Below, one piece after another: positions 50,581 through 64,000 of a stretch of 64,000 nt of DNA. The DNA comes from Callorhinchus milii (taxonomy: Eukaryota). The stretch is from assembly GCF_018977255.1 (NCBI RefSeq), contig NW_024704743.1, forward strand, positions 77,130,001 to 77,194,000. Reading direction: 5' to 3'. The first letter of the stretch is position 1. Every line of letters starts with the position of its first letter. The translations under genes were made by a program, and so were the position numbers. Under the pieces are notes generated by a model. The model did no database searches. It had not been told where the DNA came from and saw only the letters and a program-made list of their open reading frames with translations.

Positions 50581-51030
50581 TAACAACAACTTGCATTTAT
50601 ATAACGTCCTTCATGTGGGGTGATATTTCGGAACTCTTAACAATGGCAGAGCTTGATGCCGAGCCCGGGGAGGGAGGAGGTTTCTATAAGCACGGTCAAA
50701 GAGGAAGGTCTTCAGTCATGATCTTAAAGAGGGCAAGGAGGGGGAAAGGTGGAGGGATTGAGGAAGAGAATTCTAAAGCGTAGTGGCTGCCAATGATGGA
50801 AAGGGAGTTAAGGGATGAGCAGGCGGCCAGAACTAGCCAAGCAGTCGGCGGGTAGTGGACTGAGAAGAAAGCAGATCGGAAATTAGGAGCTGCCAGGGCA
50901 TGAAGGGATTTTTAAATGAGTGAGAGGATCTTGAAATCGATCTGTTCTGTGATAGGGAGCCAGTGGAGCCTGGCAAGGACTGGTGTGATAGGGTGCAGAG
51001 TTTAGTATGGGTGAGTATGTGGATGGTGGG
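50581..51030 (-). mobile_element. L2 LINE 3' fragment
   Basis: (CAA)n tail and ORF2 end matching 46385-46830. Confidence 0.8.
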
Positions 51031-51049
51031 AGAATTTTCTAGATTTCTT

Positions 51050-51361
51050 ATAATAATAATCCTTGCATTTGATATAGCACTTTTCACGTCTTCTAGACGT
51101 CCCAAAGCGCTTCACAGAATATACTGTAAAGTGAATTGACTGTATATTTGTGGGCAAACGTGGCAGCCAATTGTGCACAGCAATGTCCCACAAACAGTCA
51201 TGGATTGAAAATGACCAATTTTTATTATTATTTTTTTTTGGAGGGATTATTATTAGGTGTGTGGAGTAAGGAAATTTGCCCAAGGTTTCGCCCTGCCTGG
51301 AATTGAACTCAGGTCTCTCACTTGCAAAGCGAGTGCTCTAACCACTGAGCTACAGGACTCC
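51050..51361 (-). mobile_element. Young tRNA-Ala-derived SINE, full length
   Basis: Nearly identical to 26787-27107. Confidence 0.9.
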
Positions 51362-51536
51362 ACTTACAGCATCATTAAAAAGTAAAACATCAGAAAAAAA
51401 TGCAACTACCAATTGCAAAGGAAATGCACAGAATTTAAACATCTTGTTGTTTAAGAATATAAAACAAAGCCTAAAACAAAGCAATAATTACATTTTTACA
51501 GTATTCCTTCCTCACAGCTGAGAAATGAGTACTTAC

Positions 51537-51662
51537 TACTGCATGTAGTACTGGCGTGCGTACATCTGCTGCCACCAAAGGATATGCTGTGGGCTGTACA
51601 CAGAATACATTGGAAAGCCACCTGGAATCCCTGGATGCGTTGGAAACTGACCAACTCCATGT
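51537..51662 (-). CDS. HERPUD2: HERPUD2 coding exon (equivalent to exon 6)
   Basis: tcttccAG|A CAT...CAG TA|GTaag, 126 nt. Encodes HGVGQFPTHPGIPGGFPMYSVYSPQHILWWQQMYARQYYMQ(Y), with the family motif WWQQMYAxQYYMQY. Confidence 0.96.
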
Positions 51663-51999
51663 CTGGAAGACACAATGAGATACCAATGGCTACTCAAAAC
51701 TGATAAACTTGGGAGATAATGACAGTGAACAGTGCCTACTTGGACTAGAATTTTGCCCTGGCCAGGGTATTTAATGTCTTGATTTATATTGTAGACAGAA
51801 CAAATTTTACTTTCATATATTGTGGATGCTACAAAATATGGGATTATTAAAATTTTATTTCAAAGTAACATTACATTTCAGTTCAGGTATTAATGAAGAG
51901 AAAAAGTTGATGAGGAGTGTTATGGAACAAACATGCTCCAAACAAAAGTAGTTGATGATGCATCCATTAGCTCCTTCAGAACTGGATTGCCATTTACAT

Positions 52000-52325
52000 G
52001 GAAATGCTAAAGCAATGTTCCACAAACAGCCATGAAATAAATGACCAACTTTATCTGGAGTATCTATGGCTAGATACCAGAAGAAACTGCCTTCTCTTCA
52101 TGAATATTGCCATGATTTCTTTAACATCCACCTGAACAGGCATCCGCGCTCTCGGTTTAATGTCCCATCTGAAGGGCAGCACCTCTAACAATGTAGCATT
52201 CCCCACTACACAACTGTACTGGAGTGTCAGTCTGGACCTGCGAGAGTTTAAAATTCTGAGATGGGGCTTGATCTCATTGTCTCCTGACTCAGGGGCGAGA
52301 GTGCAACTAACAGCCAGGCTGACAC
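52000..52325 (-). mobile_element. Deu-domain SINE (SacSINE1-like)
   Basis: Reverse of head and Deu core (TTAACATCCACCTGAACAGGC...GGCAGCACCTCTAACAATGTAGCA...GGAGTGTCAGTCT). Confidence 0.7.
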
Positions 52326-54770
52326 CAAATAAAAACCAGAATATAGACTCAAATAAACAGGACACAACTGTGTGCAGAGGAAAGAAATCAATGGTCCTTG
52401 TGGAAATGGAGTATTGATGCAGATTATTCTTCAGAGAATCAAAAGTAGGTCAGGTGAAGCTCATCAGCAAGAAGATTTTGTCCCGTCTTTGGAAGGAGCA
52501 GGGCTAATAGGCTAAGTTCCCTTTTCTTGTCCCCAATCTTTCCTATACAGCTGATTTTGGCCTTGTATTGCATTTTGACCTTTCAAACAGATTTGAGCTT
52601 TATATACTGTATATTCATTCACATCCAGAACATACAAACAGGATAAAAAAATTAGATATTTGAGCAAATCTGCATGATTTCTAACATTTTTGAATTCTAA
52701 ACTGATTAATTTTAGTTCCTTGTTACCACCTCTTTTTTACAGGTATGAAACTAGTCTGCGGCCATACCAGTAGAAAGTTAGTGTAAACCCTACTGGTATG
52801 AAAACTTACCTCCTCAGCCAGAGCCTTGCAGCGCTTTCATACCAGTATCTCCCTGATGTAAACACAGCAGCAGATGTGAAACCAGTATCGGTATTCCATC
52901 AACCTAGTTGTTACTGTGGTAATGGAGATGCTTCCCACAACAAAAGCTTCTTCACTCCTTCTCTGCTTCTCTGGTGGCCACATTCACTGCAGTCTTATCA
53001 CTCAGAGCCCCCCCTGTTAGGTCTGAAGTGTAAACAGGGCAGACTTATCTTAACAGCATGCATGTAGTTTTACAATGCTTAGATTACTTTTCTAGACACA
53101 AAACTCAACCACAATACAATCAGATTCAGGTTAAAAAATTTAGATACAAATGGCATGGTTTCTACTATCAAAACCCTCAGTGCTCTGAGACAGTATCCTA
53201 CGTGACAAAGAAAGCTACATAAATACAAGTTGTTGTTTCTATGTTGCCTAAAATACTGAACATAGCGGTGGCCAACCTTTATGGTTTGCCAACAAAATAG
53301 ATTTTCTGGATTGAAATTTCACAATTTATGCCATTAATCAAGAAATACTAAATCAACAAAAACTGAACAAATACCAACGATGAACCATGGCTTATCTAGA
53401 TTTGCGTGAACGTTTAGAGGCTATGGATTAGGGTCTCAGCAACCCGAGGAGAGAGGTAGTGGTCAGAAGTGGGAAATGTTACAGAGGTGGAGTAAAGCTG
53501 ACTGGGTCTGCCGGGGTGGGGGTGGGAGAAGAGGATTTTGGTGTAGTTACCAGAAATATTTGTATCACCAGAGCGGATCCAAAATAGATGTCATAGAAAT
53601 TAGGAATAAACACCAGAAATTCACTTCTCCAGACTAAACTTCCCCTTCGCAACTCTTGGTACACAGAGGTCAATTACAGCACTCCATCTGAGATCAGCTA
53701 ACTTAGGGCAGACCGGGACCTGAACCTCCAATCTACTGTATGGCCTAGTACTGCACTGGATACCTACTAGGACAAGCTTTACTTTACATTAAGTATTTCC
53801 TCAGAATATCTTCCTGTTTAAGTCTTCGCTAAGAGTTAAACACGTTTTATAACAAGCACTGATGCTGAATATAAAACAAAGTAATCTAAGCATTCAAATT
53901 GTACTTTTTAAAAATAATTGATTTATTAAGGTGTTCCATTCAACAATATAGAAAACTCCTACAATGATATTGGAGAGAAAAAGAATGGTTTGACAACTCC
54001 AGCCATATGGAATACACACAAAGATATAGTTGAGATTTTGTTACATCAGTGCACCACTATTTGATTGTGGTCAAGGTCATTCCACAAGATCAAGGCCACA
54101 TGTTTTGGTAAAGGACATTTGAAGAAGGCAAGAGAAATGCACAACACTATTAATATAAAAACACATGCCCAAAACCACGAAATTAAGATGCTTACCTCAT
54201 ACATGTTTAATTTAAGATCACTTGCCCAACCTACAGACATCATTTGAGTGAACAATTCCATAGAAATATGCAATTCAGCCTTGTTTGATTGGTTATGAAG
54301 CCATAACACGCTAGTTCACACACTGTTATGTCCACATCATTATGGTACAACCAAAAGATACGTTTAAATTGAGTGGAAAGAGGCCCTGGACACTTATCCC
54401 TCCTACACAGATGAGCTGACCAAATTTGACCTTAGGCTTCCTCTTTCTTTGGTTTGAATCAGTTCAGAAACAGATTTTGAGACCTTTGGTTTTCAGAAAT
54501 CCATCACCATGTTTAAGAGTATCCAAACCAACATATGGAAATTCCAGATGTTCATTGGAATGGAGGGATGCATCCTGCTTACCTAATTCTGCATAGCATT
54601 AGGTGCAGGTTGGCAAAAGCCAAGACTAGGAGAACTCAGGTCCTGAATTCAGTTATCCCAGAAAAGAATGCTCTAATGTTACTGCTGCTATACGCTTGCT
54701 TCAGATCACATTTGGTGCAAATACGAGTCAGTATTAATTTTATTATAGTATTTACCTTAACACCACTTAC

Positions 54771-54916
54771 CCTTGCATTACATGCTGGAAACCATTTGGA
54801 GGAACTGGAGAAAGGTTACGATGCCTCAGATCAGCAGAACTAGAACCTGTCGATCCAATTAAGGATTCTTGACTGGGAGATGAAGAGGGCGATGTAGCAA
54901 CTGAACTATCAGAACT
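54771..54916 (-). CDS. HERPUD2: HERPUD2 coding exon (Ser-rich linker; equivalent to exon 5)
   Basis: tttttcAG|AGT...CAA GG|GTaag, 146 nt. Encodes SSDSSVATSPSSSPSQESLIGSTGSSSADLRHRNLSPVPPNGFQHVMQ(G), with the HERP-type LRxR motif; phases 0-2 fit. Confidence 0.93.
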
Positions 54917-56399
54917 CTGAAAAAAAGTAAAATCCAAATAATTTGCTTTATTTTATTTCTAATAAATTGGAAAATGAATTTGTATCCAGGAAGTACTGGA
55001 TCATTTAGTACGTTTAGCGTTTTTTGTTTTGCCCAAATTTGATTACTTCTCTCTCTTCACTTGAGAGTCACAAAGGTTGGATCATAAATAATAATAATCC
55101 TTGCATTTGATATAGTGCCTCGTCATGTCATCGACATCTCAAACCGCTCCACAGGATAGACTGTAAAGTGATTGTTGCTGTATATTTGTGCCACAATCAC
55201 AAATTGATTGCAGCAATCTTCATCATGCTGTTAGTGGTGACTACTGTATCCAAGAAATGGGTAACAATAATGCAGGAAAGGTAGGATTGTACCCAGCAAC
55301 TTTCTTGCTCGATCCAACCCAAAACTGGGGAATAATTACTGTCAACTGAAATGGCCAAGAATGGAGGTGGGTCAGCAGTAATTGGCTGTGATATTCATTC
55401 AGCTCAAATAATTGGGCCAGGAAATACCACACTCTGTGCCAGCAACAAATGCTCAGAATAAAATTTCTAAACAGGAGTACTCTCAGAAAGTGAACAGAAA
55501 GAAACAAGATAAAAGCAAGACGAATAAGGTTAACTTGTCATAATATGGTAGTTTGTGTCCATAAATTCAGACTCCCATATTTTAACGAGATGTGCAAAAA
55601 AAAAACACGCCGGTCAACTTTTCACATTGTCATGGACGTCATTTCTTATGTGAATTGACTGCAGCAGTGCATCCTGTGCAGCACTTAAAGCAATGACAGC
55701 TGCTCTTCTTGAAACCAGCAGCTCAGCACTAAGGCAAAGTGTACATCACTTTTGGTATTGTGTGGACCTATAATTTATAAACAGACTCCCGCTATAATTG
55801 AGGCTCATTATAACTGGTTTGGCTTGTAGACAAATCCAATTTATTGTAATCTAAGGAATATTCGAAATAAATAAAAAATAATATTCCATTAATCTTAATA
55901 TACTGTTTTCAGGTGACTATTTTAACATAATCTCCAAATAAATAAAGCAATCAACTTTCCAAATATCACAAAGGCAAGGAGGCTGAGGTCAGTAAATCCC
56001 ATGACCAGCAACTGAAATACTTTTCAGATACAGAGCTGACAAGTTAGCTAACCCAGAAGAAGCAAGTAAGTTAGAATTTGGTGAAAATCAAAGGGCGAGT
56101 TGTTGGAGACATCACTTTTTAATCCATAAATGAGACACTGGAATAATTTAGTATACAATACCAATTTTTAATTTCGGAAAAGGCACTTTATGCAGGGTTA
56201 ATCGAAAACTGACAAGACATTTTTGAATGACTGAGTACAACTTTGTTCAGATGGAAAAATTATAAATCTTCCTCAGTTTACAATGTTACATAGGTGGCAG
56301 ACTTCTTGAGCAGGTTTAAATTATTGCTTCACAAGTTTTTTGAAATATGCACATTTTAAAAATAGCTATTTATTTTGAATAAAATGGAAATACATTTAC

Positions 56400-56534
56400 C
56401 GTTGCATCACCATTAACTCCTGTGTCACCATTAGCTCCAGCTCCAATGACTCCATTGCTCCGATAACTAGGTTTGGGTGATCCTGGGGGAGTTCTTGAAG
56501 AGCATACTAGGTGAACCATGTGATACTCGTCTTG
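56400..56534 (-). CDS. HERPUD2: HERPUD2 coding exon (end of UBL domain; equivalent to exon 4)
   Basis: tgtAG|CAA...ACG|GTaaat, 135 nt. Encodes QDEYHMVHLVCSSRTPPGSPKPSYRSNGVIGAGANGDTGVNGDAT. Confidence 0.95.
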
Positions 56535-57401
56535 CTACATTTCAAGTGAGATGAGGAAGAAAGAATAAGTCAATTAGGAGTTTGAGCTTCAATCTGTCGA
56601 GCTTGTGTGGCCACTTTGTTAGATCATGACAGACCCCACTCGTTTCTGCATCCATGGCATACATATTGTGGCACTGCATTCCAAATTTTCAAAACCCTTT
56701 GAATGGAAAGAAATTCATGAAAATCCACATCCAAAGCTTTCTTGGGATGGCACTGAATTAGTTAGCAGAAGAGTGAAGATCTTGTAGAATGGCAGACAAC
56801 AGCAATTGGGGACAAATTTGTATGATGAATTAAATAAATATTGAACAGGTCAGAATCAACCAGAAGACCAAATTACTAGCAACTTTATCAAGGATAGGAT
56901 TCAAGCATATGAAGCAGAGCACTCATCCATATTTAGTTATCTAAGAAAACTGAACATTTGCACTAGTTAGGTTTAATACATCAGAGTCCAAAAAATATTA
57001 CCACTAAAATTTAGAGCAAATGTTAGTCCAAAGGAAAGAGTTCTAGTGATAACTAAATAGGAACCAGAACAGGAAAATACAGTAGACAGCTTGGTAGCTG
57101 CATTAATTGGGAAACCCCAATATAAGTACCAAAATAGTACAAATATCAGGTCATCACACAAACTACGATGCTTATATTAATCAATACTATTTTTCACCAA
57201 TCACCAATATCAAAAAGAGCAATGGCTGAGTCAAATGTTGTGGAACATCCCTACGTATATCATACTTTTCCAACACTAACACTGTACATTAACACTACAA
57301 AACAACCAAAATGGGACTTTCAGTTGAACCTTCAACCTAGCTAAGCATAACCAAAACTGCTTGTAGAAATAAAGCAGCACAGATACAGAGATTTGAATTA
57401 C

Positions 57402-57479
57402 CTTTCTGAAAATGTCTTTCAACTGCAAATGATCAGGGAGAAGTTTTCCAGAATACACAAGTCTCTGATCCTTGGTGGA
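57402..57479 (-). CDS. HERPUD2: HERPUD2 coding exon (ubiquitin-like domain; equivalent to exon 3)
   Basis: Minus strand ccttgcacAG|TCC...AAG|GTaatt, 78 nt. Encodes STKDQRLVYSGKLLPDHLQLKDIFRK, with the UBL motif QRLVYSGKLL. Confidence 0.96.
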
Positions 57480-58704
57480 CTGTGCAAGGAGAGAGAAGGG
57501 AAAAAAAACAATTTTAAAACATTCACCTTACAAAACACTTAATATTCACTTCTGCTAATACCTTATCCATGGCGTCTTTTAATAGAAAGGACGTCTGGGT
57601 TTCTGTACCATATGCTAGGAGTTCCAGCAATTTATCTTCCCAGATATTTTGGTCAAAATCAAAAACAAATAAATGACTATCAGTCTATGTCCTAAGCAGT
57701 TAATAGTCGGCTAACTAGATAGTCTATGTTATTACACAGTGGTTTGGGTCCATAAAATCAGATCCCGCATTATAATGAGCGTTAGAATAAAAATGATAAC
57801 TGTTGGCCTTGCTTCTTCCGCATTATGCATTCTATGGGCAAGAAGCATTGACAAGATTGAATGCTGCAAATGCGCAGGAAAATAAACACTGACATAATTT
57901 CCTGCAGGTGCAGGAAGCCAGTCAATCAGCACAAAGAGCTTCCAGTACACCGCTGTCCATGGTACAACTGAGCTATAACTAGACTCTACAATACAGAGGT
58001 GTCTTATAATGGAATCCGGCTGTAATTTGTATCCCTTCAACCTGCGCAAAGATTTCTTATGCTTGATAACCCGAACTGTTCATATTAGAAAAAGTTAAAA
58101 TTCAAGCAAAAGATATTCTTCTCAGATATACTGATACTTTATTCAAAACGAGGAACTGTACACTATTGCTACTTTACCTACCCCCAAATTAAGTTCATGT
58201 CTGAATTTCTATTCTTGAGCAAAGCCTTTGAGGGCACCAGAGGCAAGATGGCATAACTTATATATTATAAGCTCCTAAGTTTTAATGTATATTAATATCT
58301 GCTTAAAATATATCAAGTTGTATTCCACCAAGCTACTATTCTTAACGATATTTTCAAGGCTTGTGTAAATTAACTGATATTCACAAATGAGTCAGAATCG
58401 AGTTAGCTAAGTTTGTTACACGGACCAAATTTGACAATGAATCGTGATCCATTTGGGTAAGTTATACAAGATTCCCTTCCGTAATTAGCAAAAACAAATT
58501 TATAATAAAAGCACTACTATTAAATTCAACTGTACTCAATTAAATTTCAGTTAAAAAACATAGTAATCCTACTGTCTGAGTTAATCATTTTACAAGCACG
58601 GTAATCCTTATTTAAAAGTCAACTAAAACCTAATGGAATGTGACTGTACTATATCTATTTGAACTGTGTAAAGTACCCAGACATACACATAGATAAAACT
58701 TCCA

Positions 58705-59110
58705 AACAACCACTTGCATATAATATAATGCTCTTCACAGAAGATAATGTCTCAAGAGCACTTCACAGGGCAGGGTCGGTCACTGAGAAAGGGAGGAAGA
58801 GGTGTGACCATAGGCGTAGTCAAAGAGGTAGATTTTAAGGTTGCATTTAAAGATTGAAAGAGGGCAATGTGCATGGATAGAAATGGGGAGTTCCACAGGT
58901 TGGGGGAGCTGATGACTGAAGGATCAGACATCAGCTGAGCGGAGGATGCGGGCAGATCAGAGATAGGGAGGAGCTAGGGCATGAATGGTGAGGACCATAG
59001 GAAAGGGAGAGAACCTTGAATTTGAGTGGTAGGAGAAAGGGAGCCAGGCGAACATTAAGGTGATGGGCTTGTGGAATTTGGTATGGATGAGAATATGAAG
59101 TACCTGGAAG
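58705..59110 (-). mobile_element. Degenerate L2 3' fragment
   Basis: L2 tail at left; LKFKVLSL-like ORF2 remnant. Confidence 0.6.
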
Positions 59111-59159
59111 GTCTCCCTCCACCCCGCCCCAACCGTTAGAGATTACAATAGTAATTTGA

Positions 59160-59715
59160 AATAGAATCCGAGAAATTTACAATACAGAAGGAGGCCATTC
59201 AGCTCACTGAGTTTACACCGGTTCTAAGAGCAAGGTGTTTGTCAATCCTGCTGCCCTGACTTATCTCCATACTCCTTGATGCCTTTATCCTTCATACACC
59301 TGTTTAGTTCTCTCTTGAAGCCCGCAACTGACTCTGATTCTACCACCTTACTTGGCAGGGCATTCCACATCCCAAAACTGAGTGACATTTCTCCTAAACT
59401 CTCGTTTCACTCTTCTTGTGACTATCTCAGTACTATGTCCCCTAGTCAGATTCCCCTACCAGTGGAAATAGCATCTCCCTTCCCCAAACCCTCAGAACTG
59501 TGTATATCTCTATCAGGTCCCCTCTCAATCGTATCCACACTCCAGTGAAAATAGATCCAACTTCTCCAAATTTTCATCAGAACTAAAGCGCCTCAACCAT
59601 TCTTGTAGAACTCCTCTGTACCCTCTCCAGTCTTAAAATCTTTCCTGAAATTCGATGCTTCAAACTAAATGCAGTACTCCAATTGTCTAACCAATAATTT
59701 GTATGAACATAGCAT
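59160..59715 (-). mobile_element. CR1 LINE 3' fragment
   Basis: ACAGAAGGAGGCCATTCAGC terminus; TATCAGGTCCCCTCTCAATC and CTCTGTACCCTCTCCAG are the reverse of RLRGDLI and LERVQR. Confidence 0.75.
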
Positions 59716-62404
59716 TATTATGAAGTTTAAATAATGTACTTAAATAAGTTAAGTAACTGCTACATTCGCAAACAAAATACAATACACCTTACAGTAAATC
59801 ATGAAGTGCTTTGAGATGTGCTGAATTGAAAGGCACTAGCACTATATATCAAATGCAAGCACTATCATTTTTGATTTCTATTTACTTCCCCCGTTTTGCA
59901 TAGCAATTTCAAATTTATTTGTATGCCCCACCAAACCTACATGTAAACTAATACTTTAAAAGCCATTTACATTCTGTGGTTATAATGTTTAGTTCAACTC
60001 TAAAATAAGTAACAAGACATGTAATATTTTAAGATTTCAGGAGCACTTAACCAGCTAAATATTTACTCTTTTGCCAAGCTAATTTGATACTGAAATTGAC
60101 AAACAATGGATATCCAAACATAATAAAATGCTGTTAAAGTCAAAGGTGGAACTACAAAACACTCATAGCCTGAAATCAATGTAGGGTAACTATTCAAAAG
60201 CAGGTCAATGGAGTGGCTTCTCTCTAATCAGCTTTCAACCTCCCCGTAATGTCAAGCCCCAAGAGGCAAAGAAAACAATTTCAAGTACATTTCATCTCTC
60301 ATCCAGATCCAAAAGAATAATGATCATTTGGGTGGTTTAGCAATAAGACAGGGCCTTTTGTACAATATATAAAACTCTTAAACTGTAATTTTAAGTTTAA
60401 ATTACTTATGTGCTATGAAAAGCCACAGAAATTAGACAGAGCCATCGTACAGTAAAGCAGCTAGCAAAATAAAAATAAATTACTTTACAAACAGCCCTCA
60501 CTTTTTGTAACTTTTAGTCTTTACTTTTATTTAATTTCAAAGCACCCTATTCTAAGCCTATTTTTTAAAAATACTTTGGGAGTTTCATATATCTGAAATT
60601 AAGACTCACAATTGGCCTCTATATAGTTCCACATGTAGTTTTTTCAGGCAAGTGACAGACATCTAAAGATTAACATGAGATCAACTTCTGACATTTCTTC
60701 ATGTCAAACTAGAAAGCGCAGCTGTAGTGTGAGTAATATTTATCCCATAGCATGAGCAGCCTGATCACGCCAGAATAAGAATGTGTCTTGTTATTTAATT
60801 TTTCCTCTTAAAGCTAAGTATTATGCTGTTTAATGCATCCTTGGCGCCAAGTCTCACCATCAATACCTCACATGTGATTATGACATCGGTGATCCCAATC
60901 CCCTCAACTGTTTGCCTAAAAATTTCAGGACATGCAACAACCAATCAAATTGGGGCATTTAATTAAAGATATACTAAAATAAGTGTACCGTACCGGGGAT
61001 ATAGAGGACGGATTGGGAGAAAATGGCCCTCTTATTGGTCAATTTCTACTAAAACCTTGCTTTTTTTATTCAGAGTACTCCAACTTCAAGGTGCTACAAA
61101 AACCAAGATGATGGCAGGGAGCAATTATTCAAAACAGTCATAGTCTGATTAACTGGGCTTAATGTTTCCTATCATGTTAATAGTTTATAGTTTAAATCAA
61201 AATGCTGCATTTTTCAATATTGATAACTTGTTTTTCTTTGTAAGAAGAGACTGCAAGACAGCCACTGAAATCATGATATAAAAATACAATGCAGTAAGTG
61301 TCATCCCTTGCTATGATGCTCAAACAAGTTTGGTAGCAAAGTACAAAAAGGAACTGACTGCAGTCAGGATTGACAATTTAGAGAGGAATGGAAAGTTACA
61401 ATAAATTATCAGCTGTATTATTCTGCTACAGGGGATAGTAGGGCATTGGAAAGCTTCAAATCAGATGGAATATTCTGTTATGAGTTTGTGCTTGCTCAAG
61501 CCGGTGCAAACACAAATATTATAGCAGCACAAAATCATCAACACTAAAGTAAATAAACAATTATACAAGTGCCTGAAATTAATAAAATTCCACTTGGAAC
61601 AGCTTTGAGTATTATTATTGCTCCCATTTTCTATCCAATTTCTGCCTCTCCTGCGTCTGAAAGGGAATGCAAGTAGATGATTCCCAAACCACTGCACATC
61701 AAATACTCTTCTCGATTATCAATGAGACAGCATACAAGATTAATCTGGTCATTCAGTCTATACATCATCTGAATTCAAAGATTTAATTATAGGCTTCAAA
61801 TCACTTTATAAAAAGTATCTTTGAGGGTTTTAATCAATTTTGAGTCAATTTATGTGTCAGCAGCAGTTAAGCCAATGTACTCAATGTCAGTCACACTGCA
61901 AAACAAGCATTAATGATATCATCACTGCAAGCTTGAGCAATAAGGCACAGTGAATTAGCAGAAGATTCTCTGGGCATCATTCTCTTCCACCCTATATACT
62001 CATGTACTCCCATTAAACAGAAATACAACAAAGGAGATAGTCTCTGAAATACAGAACAAGTCAAGCACCAGGGCAAGGAACCGCAATATTTTATGAATTT
62101 CTCTATTCAAATGCAAATGTACAATGTTAAATGGCCAAAATGATTTGGTATTTCCTAAATGGTAAAGAATATTACTACTGTAATAAGATTAATCGTAAGA
62201 CCAGAAGTCAACAATGCCGTTCATGGCTGCCTGAATGCATTACCAACTAAAATCAAAACTCAAGTGGCTACACTGACTTTTTAACAATTCACAGGAATAT
62301 GTAAGCAATGCATGCACATTCTGATACAAAATCAGGGCCACTTTTAGATGCCACTGGAATTGTAAAGTTCAGGACATAAAATTCTTAATTTGCCTAACAT
62401 CTGA

Positions 62405-62762
62405 ATCAGCGTGCAGTACACACTTTCATTAGTGGTGAGAGACTGAGAAGGAGAAATATAGCAAGGGATGAGGGGATCCCTGCAGCCTTAATGGAGGTGC
62501 CATTCTTTGGATAATCTTTAAATTGAATGCACCCAGGCGGGTATTAAAAATCCCATGATAATACTAAAAAGAAAAGAGAATTTCTCTTATAATTCTGGCC
62601 TACAATCCTCCAGTTAAAGTTATTCACCTCAGGAATATTTGTGAGAACTTGTTGTGCACAAAACAGTTGCAACATTTGATTAGAAAAACTGTCAATGCAC
62701 TTGACAATATCATTGTAAAGCACAATGACAGGCATGAATAGGCACTGTAAAATAAGTTCTTT
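62405..62762 (+). mobile_element. Degenerate Deu-core SINE
   Basis: TGGAGGTGCCATTCTTTGGAT...TTAAAAATCCCATGATAATACT core and L2-like tail. Confidence 0.5.
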
Positions 62763-63298
62763 CATTAAAATTGGGCTCAACTTCTATGCAAACTAAATCT
62801 GAAGTTACTGATATGACCTGACAGTGGAATGCTGCCACCAGTCCCATGGACGTCCAGCTCTTACTGTTTGTAACTGTGCTGCTGTTTGTGCAACTCATTT
62901 CAAACTTTTGGCAGCAAGAAAACCAAAATGCATTTCTGGTCTTTGGAGAATAGCAAAACAAAATATGCAGCAGATCTCAAGCTACTTAAACCAGTGTCAC
63001 CATCTCCCCTCTGTATCTCCCACAAATACTAGGGAACCTAACTCAACTGTATCACTGTAGGGAAATATTAACAGAGCAAAAACTTTGCCGAAAGCAGAAA
63101 GAAACCAGAGGACTTTTACCAACACCTTCTCAGCCAGAAAAAGTAGTCCTAACAAGACAGATGGCTGAGGTACTGAGACAGATAAATGAGTGTGATACAC
63201 AAAACGATTCTATAGATTTTCCAAAAATAAAAGGGAAACATTTGAGGAAAGGACTTTTGAAACTGTAAAAAGTAAACCACAAATTAGGTGGTCTAGAG

Positions 63299-63452
63299 CA
63301 GTGATGGCCAACCTTTATGGTCGGCCAACAAAATACATTTTCTTTTTGTAAAATGAAAACTAACTGTCAAACATAGACTTACCAAGTCTTGTGCAAATCT
63401 TTTCGGGGAGGGTGTGGGGGTTCTTGACGGCCCTGCGGGTCAGCCACCACTG
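63299..63452. mobile_element. hAT-like MITE
   Basis: TIRs CAGTGATGGCCAACC and (revcomp) CAGTGGTGGCTGACC; left flank GTCTAGAG, right flank matches poorly. The same left end recurs at 53263-53307. Confidence 0.6.
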
Positions 63453-64000
63453 GCTCAGTGTAGTACCAGTACCAGTCTGCAGTACTGGGAAGCTAGCCAC
63501 TTCCTCAGTGCAATAGCTTCCATAACCAGCAGAATTTTCTGTGGACCTATTTTCTGATAGTCAATTTCAGAAATTTTGCAATAATAGCTAGCTTGGGCAA
63601 GAGAAAAAAAGTACTTTATATTGATTGTACTTTGCCAGAAACTTTTTAAATTAAAAAGTTGAAAGGCAACATGAAATCTTGGCAGTTTGAGGTATTTAGA
63701 GCAGAAAAGATGCACTTCCCTGATCTACAGATCACCACGGATTTCAAAATTAACCCCTATTCCTTAATATACTCATAAAAGGGAGCATTCTCATCTCCAA
63801 AACAGCATCCATTATGATAAATGTTTAATTTTCCAATTCCCTTTCCACCTCACAGCAGGATAAAGCAGGACAGTCAAAAGTAAAAAAAATCCTCAAATAA
63901 TTAAAAAGCGATAAGGGTAATATTGTAAAACACATTTACCACAATGCATGAATTGAAAATTAGAAAATCTGCTGCCATATCCTAGTATTTAGCTCAATCT

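Noticed and set aside
57480..64000. HERPUD2 ATG exon or promoter
   Set aside because: No segment encoding the expected N-terminal UBL start and no CpG island seen; probably beyond the window end.

Overview
Vertebrate genomic DNA, most likely a cartilaginous fish and probably a chimaera such as Callorhinchus (inferred from the repeat content, not proven). Two genes converge tail-to-tail. On +, the last four coding exons of TBX20 (983-1141, 2328-2404, 6813-6925, 9835-10175) encode the end of the T-box and the C-terminal region. On -, seven coding exons of HERPUD2 (57479 down to 43996) encode the UBL domain end, the hydrophobic segment and the C-terminus; its ATG exon was not found in the window. 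All listed exons have GT-AG borders and splice in frame. The rest is intronic or intergenic and dense in L2 and CR1 LINE fragments, young tRNA-Ala-headed SINEs, older Deu-domain SINEs, hAT MITEs and a probable non-autonomous Helitron. A 2.1-kb two-part palindromic minisatellite lies at 21598-23725. I see no clearly new protein-coding system. The best leads are: short TSD-flanked Penelope-type inserts with a minimal hammerhead-like core that share a G5A change; two same-orientation CTCF motifs between the genes, one inside a MITE; TBX20 apparently inverted relative to the mammalian arrangement; swapped loops in the SINE/L2 3' hairpin; the minisatellite; a 135-bp exact local copy between two L2 fragments; and a candidate poison exon in HERPUD2. 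Exon numbers follow recalled human gene structure. Repeat boundaries were set by eye and are approximate.
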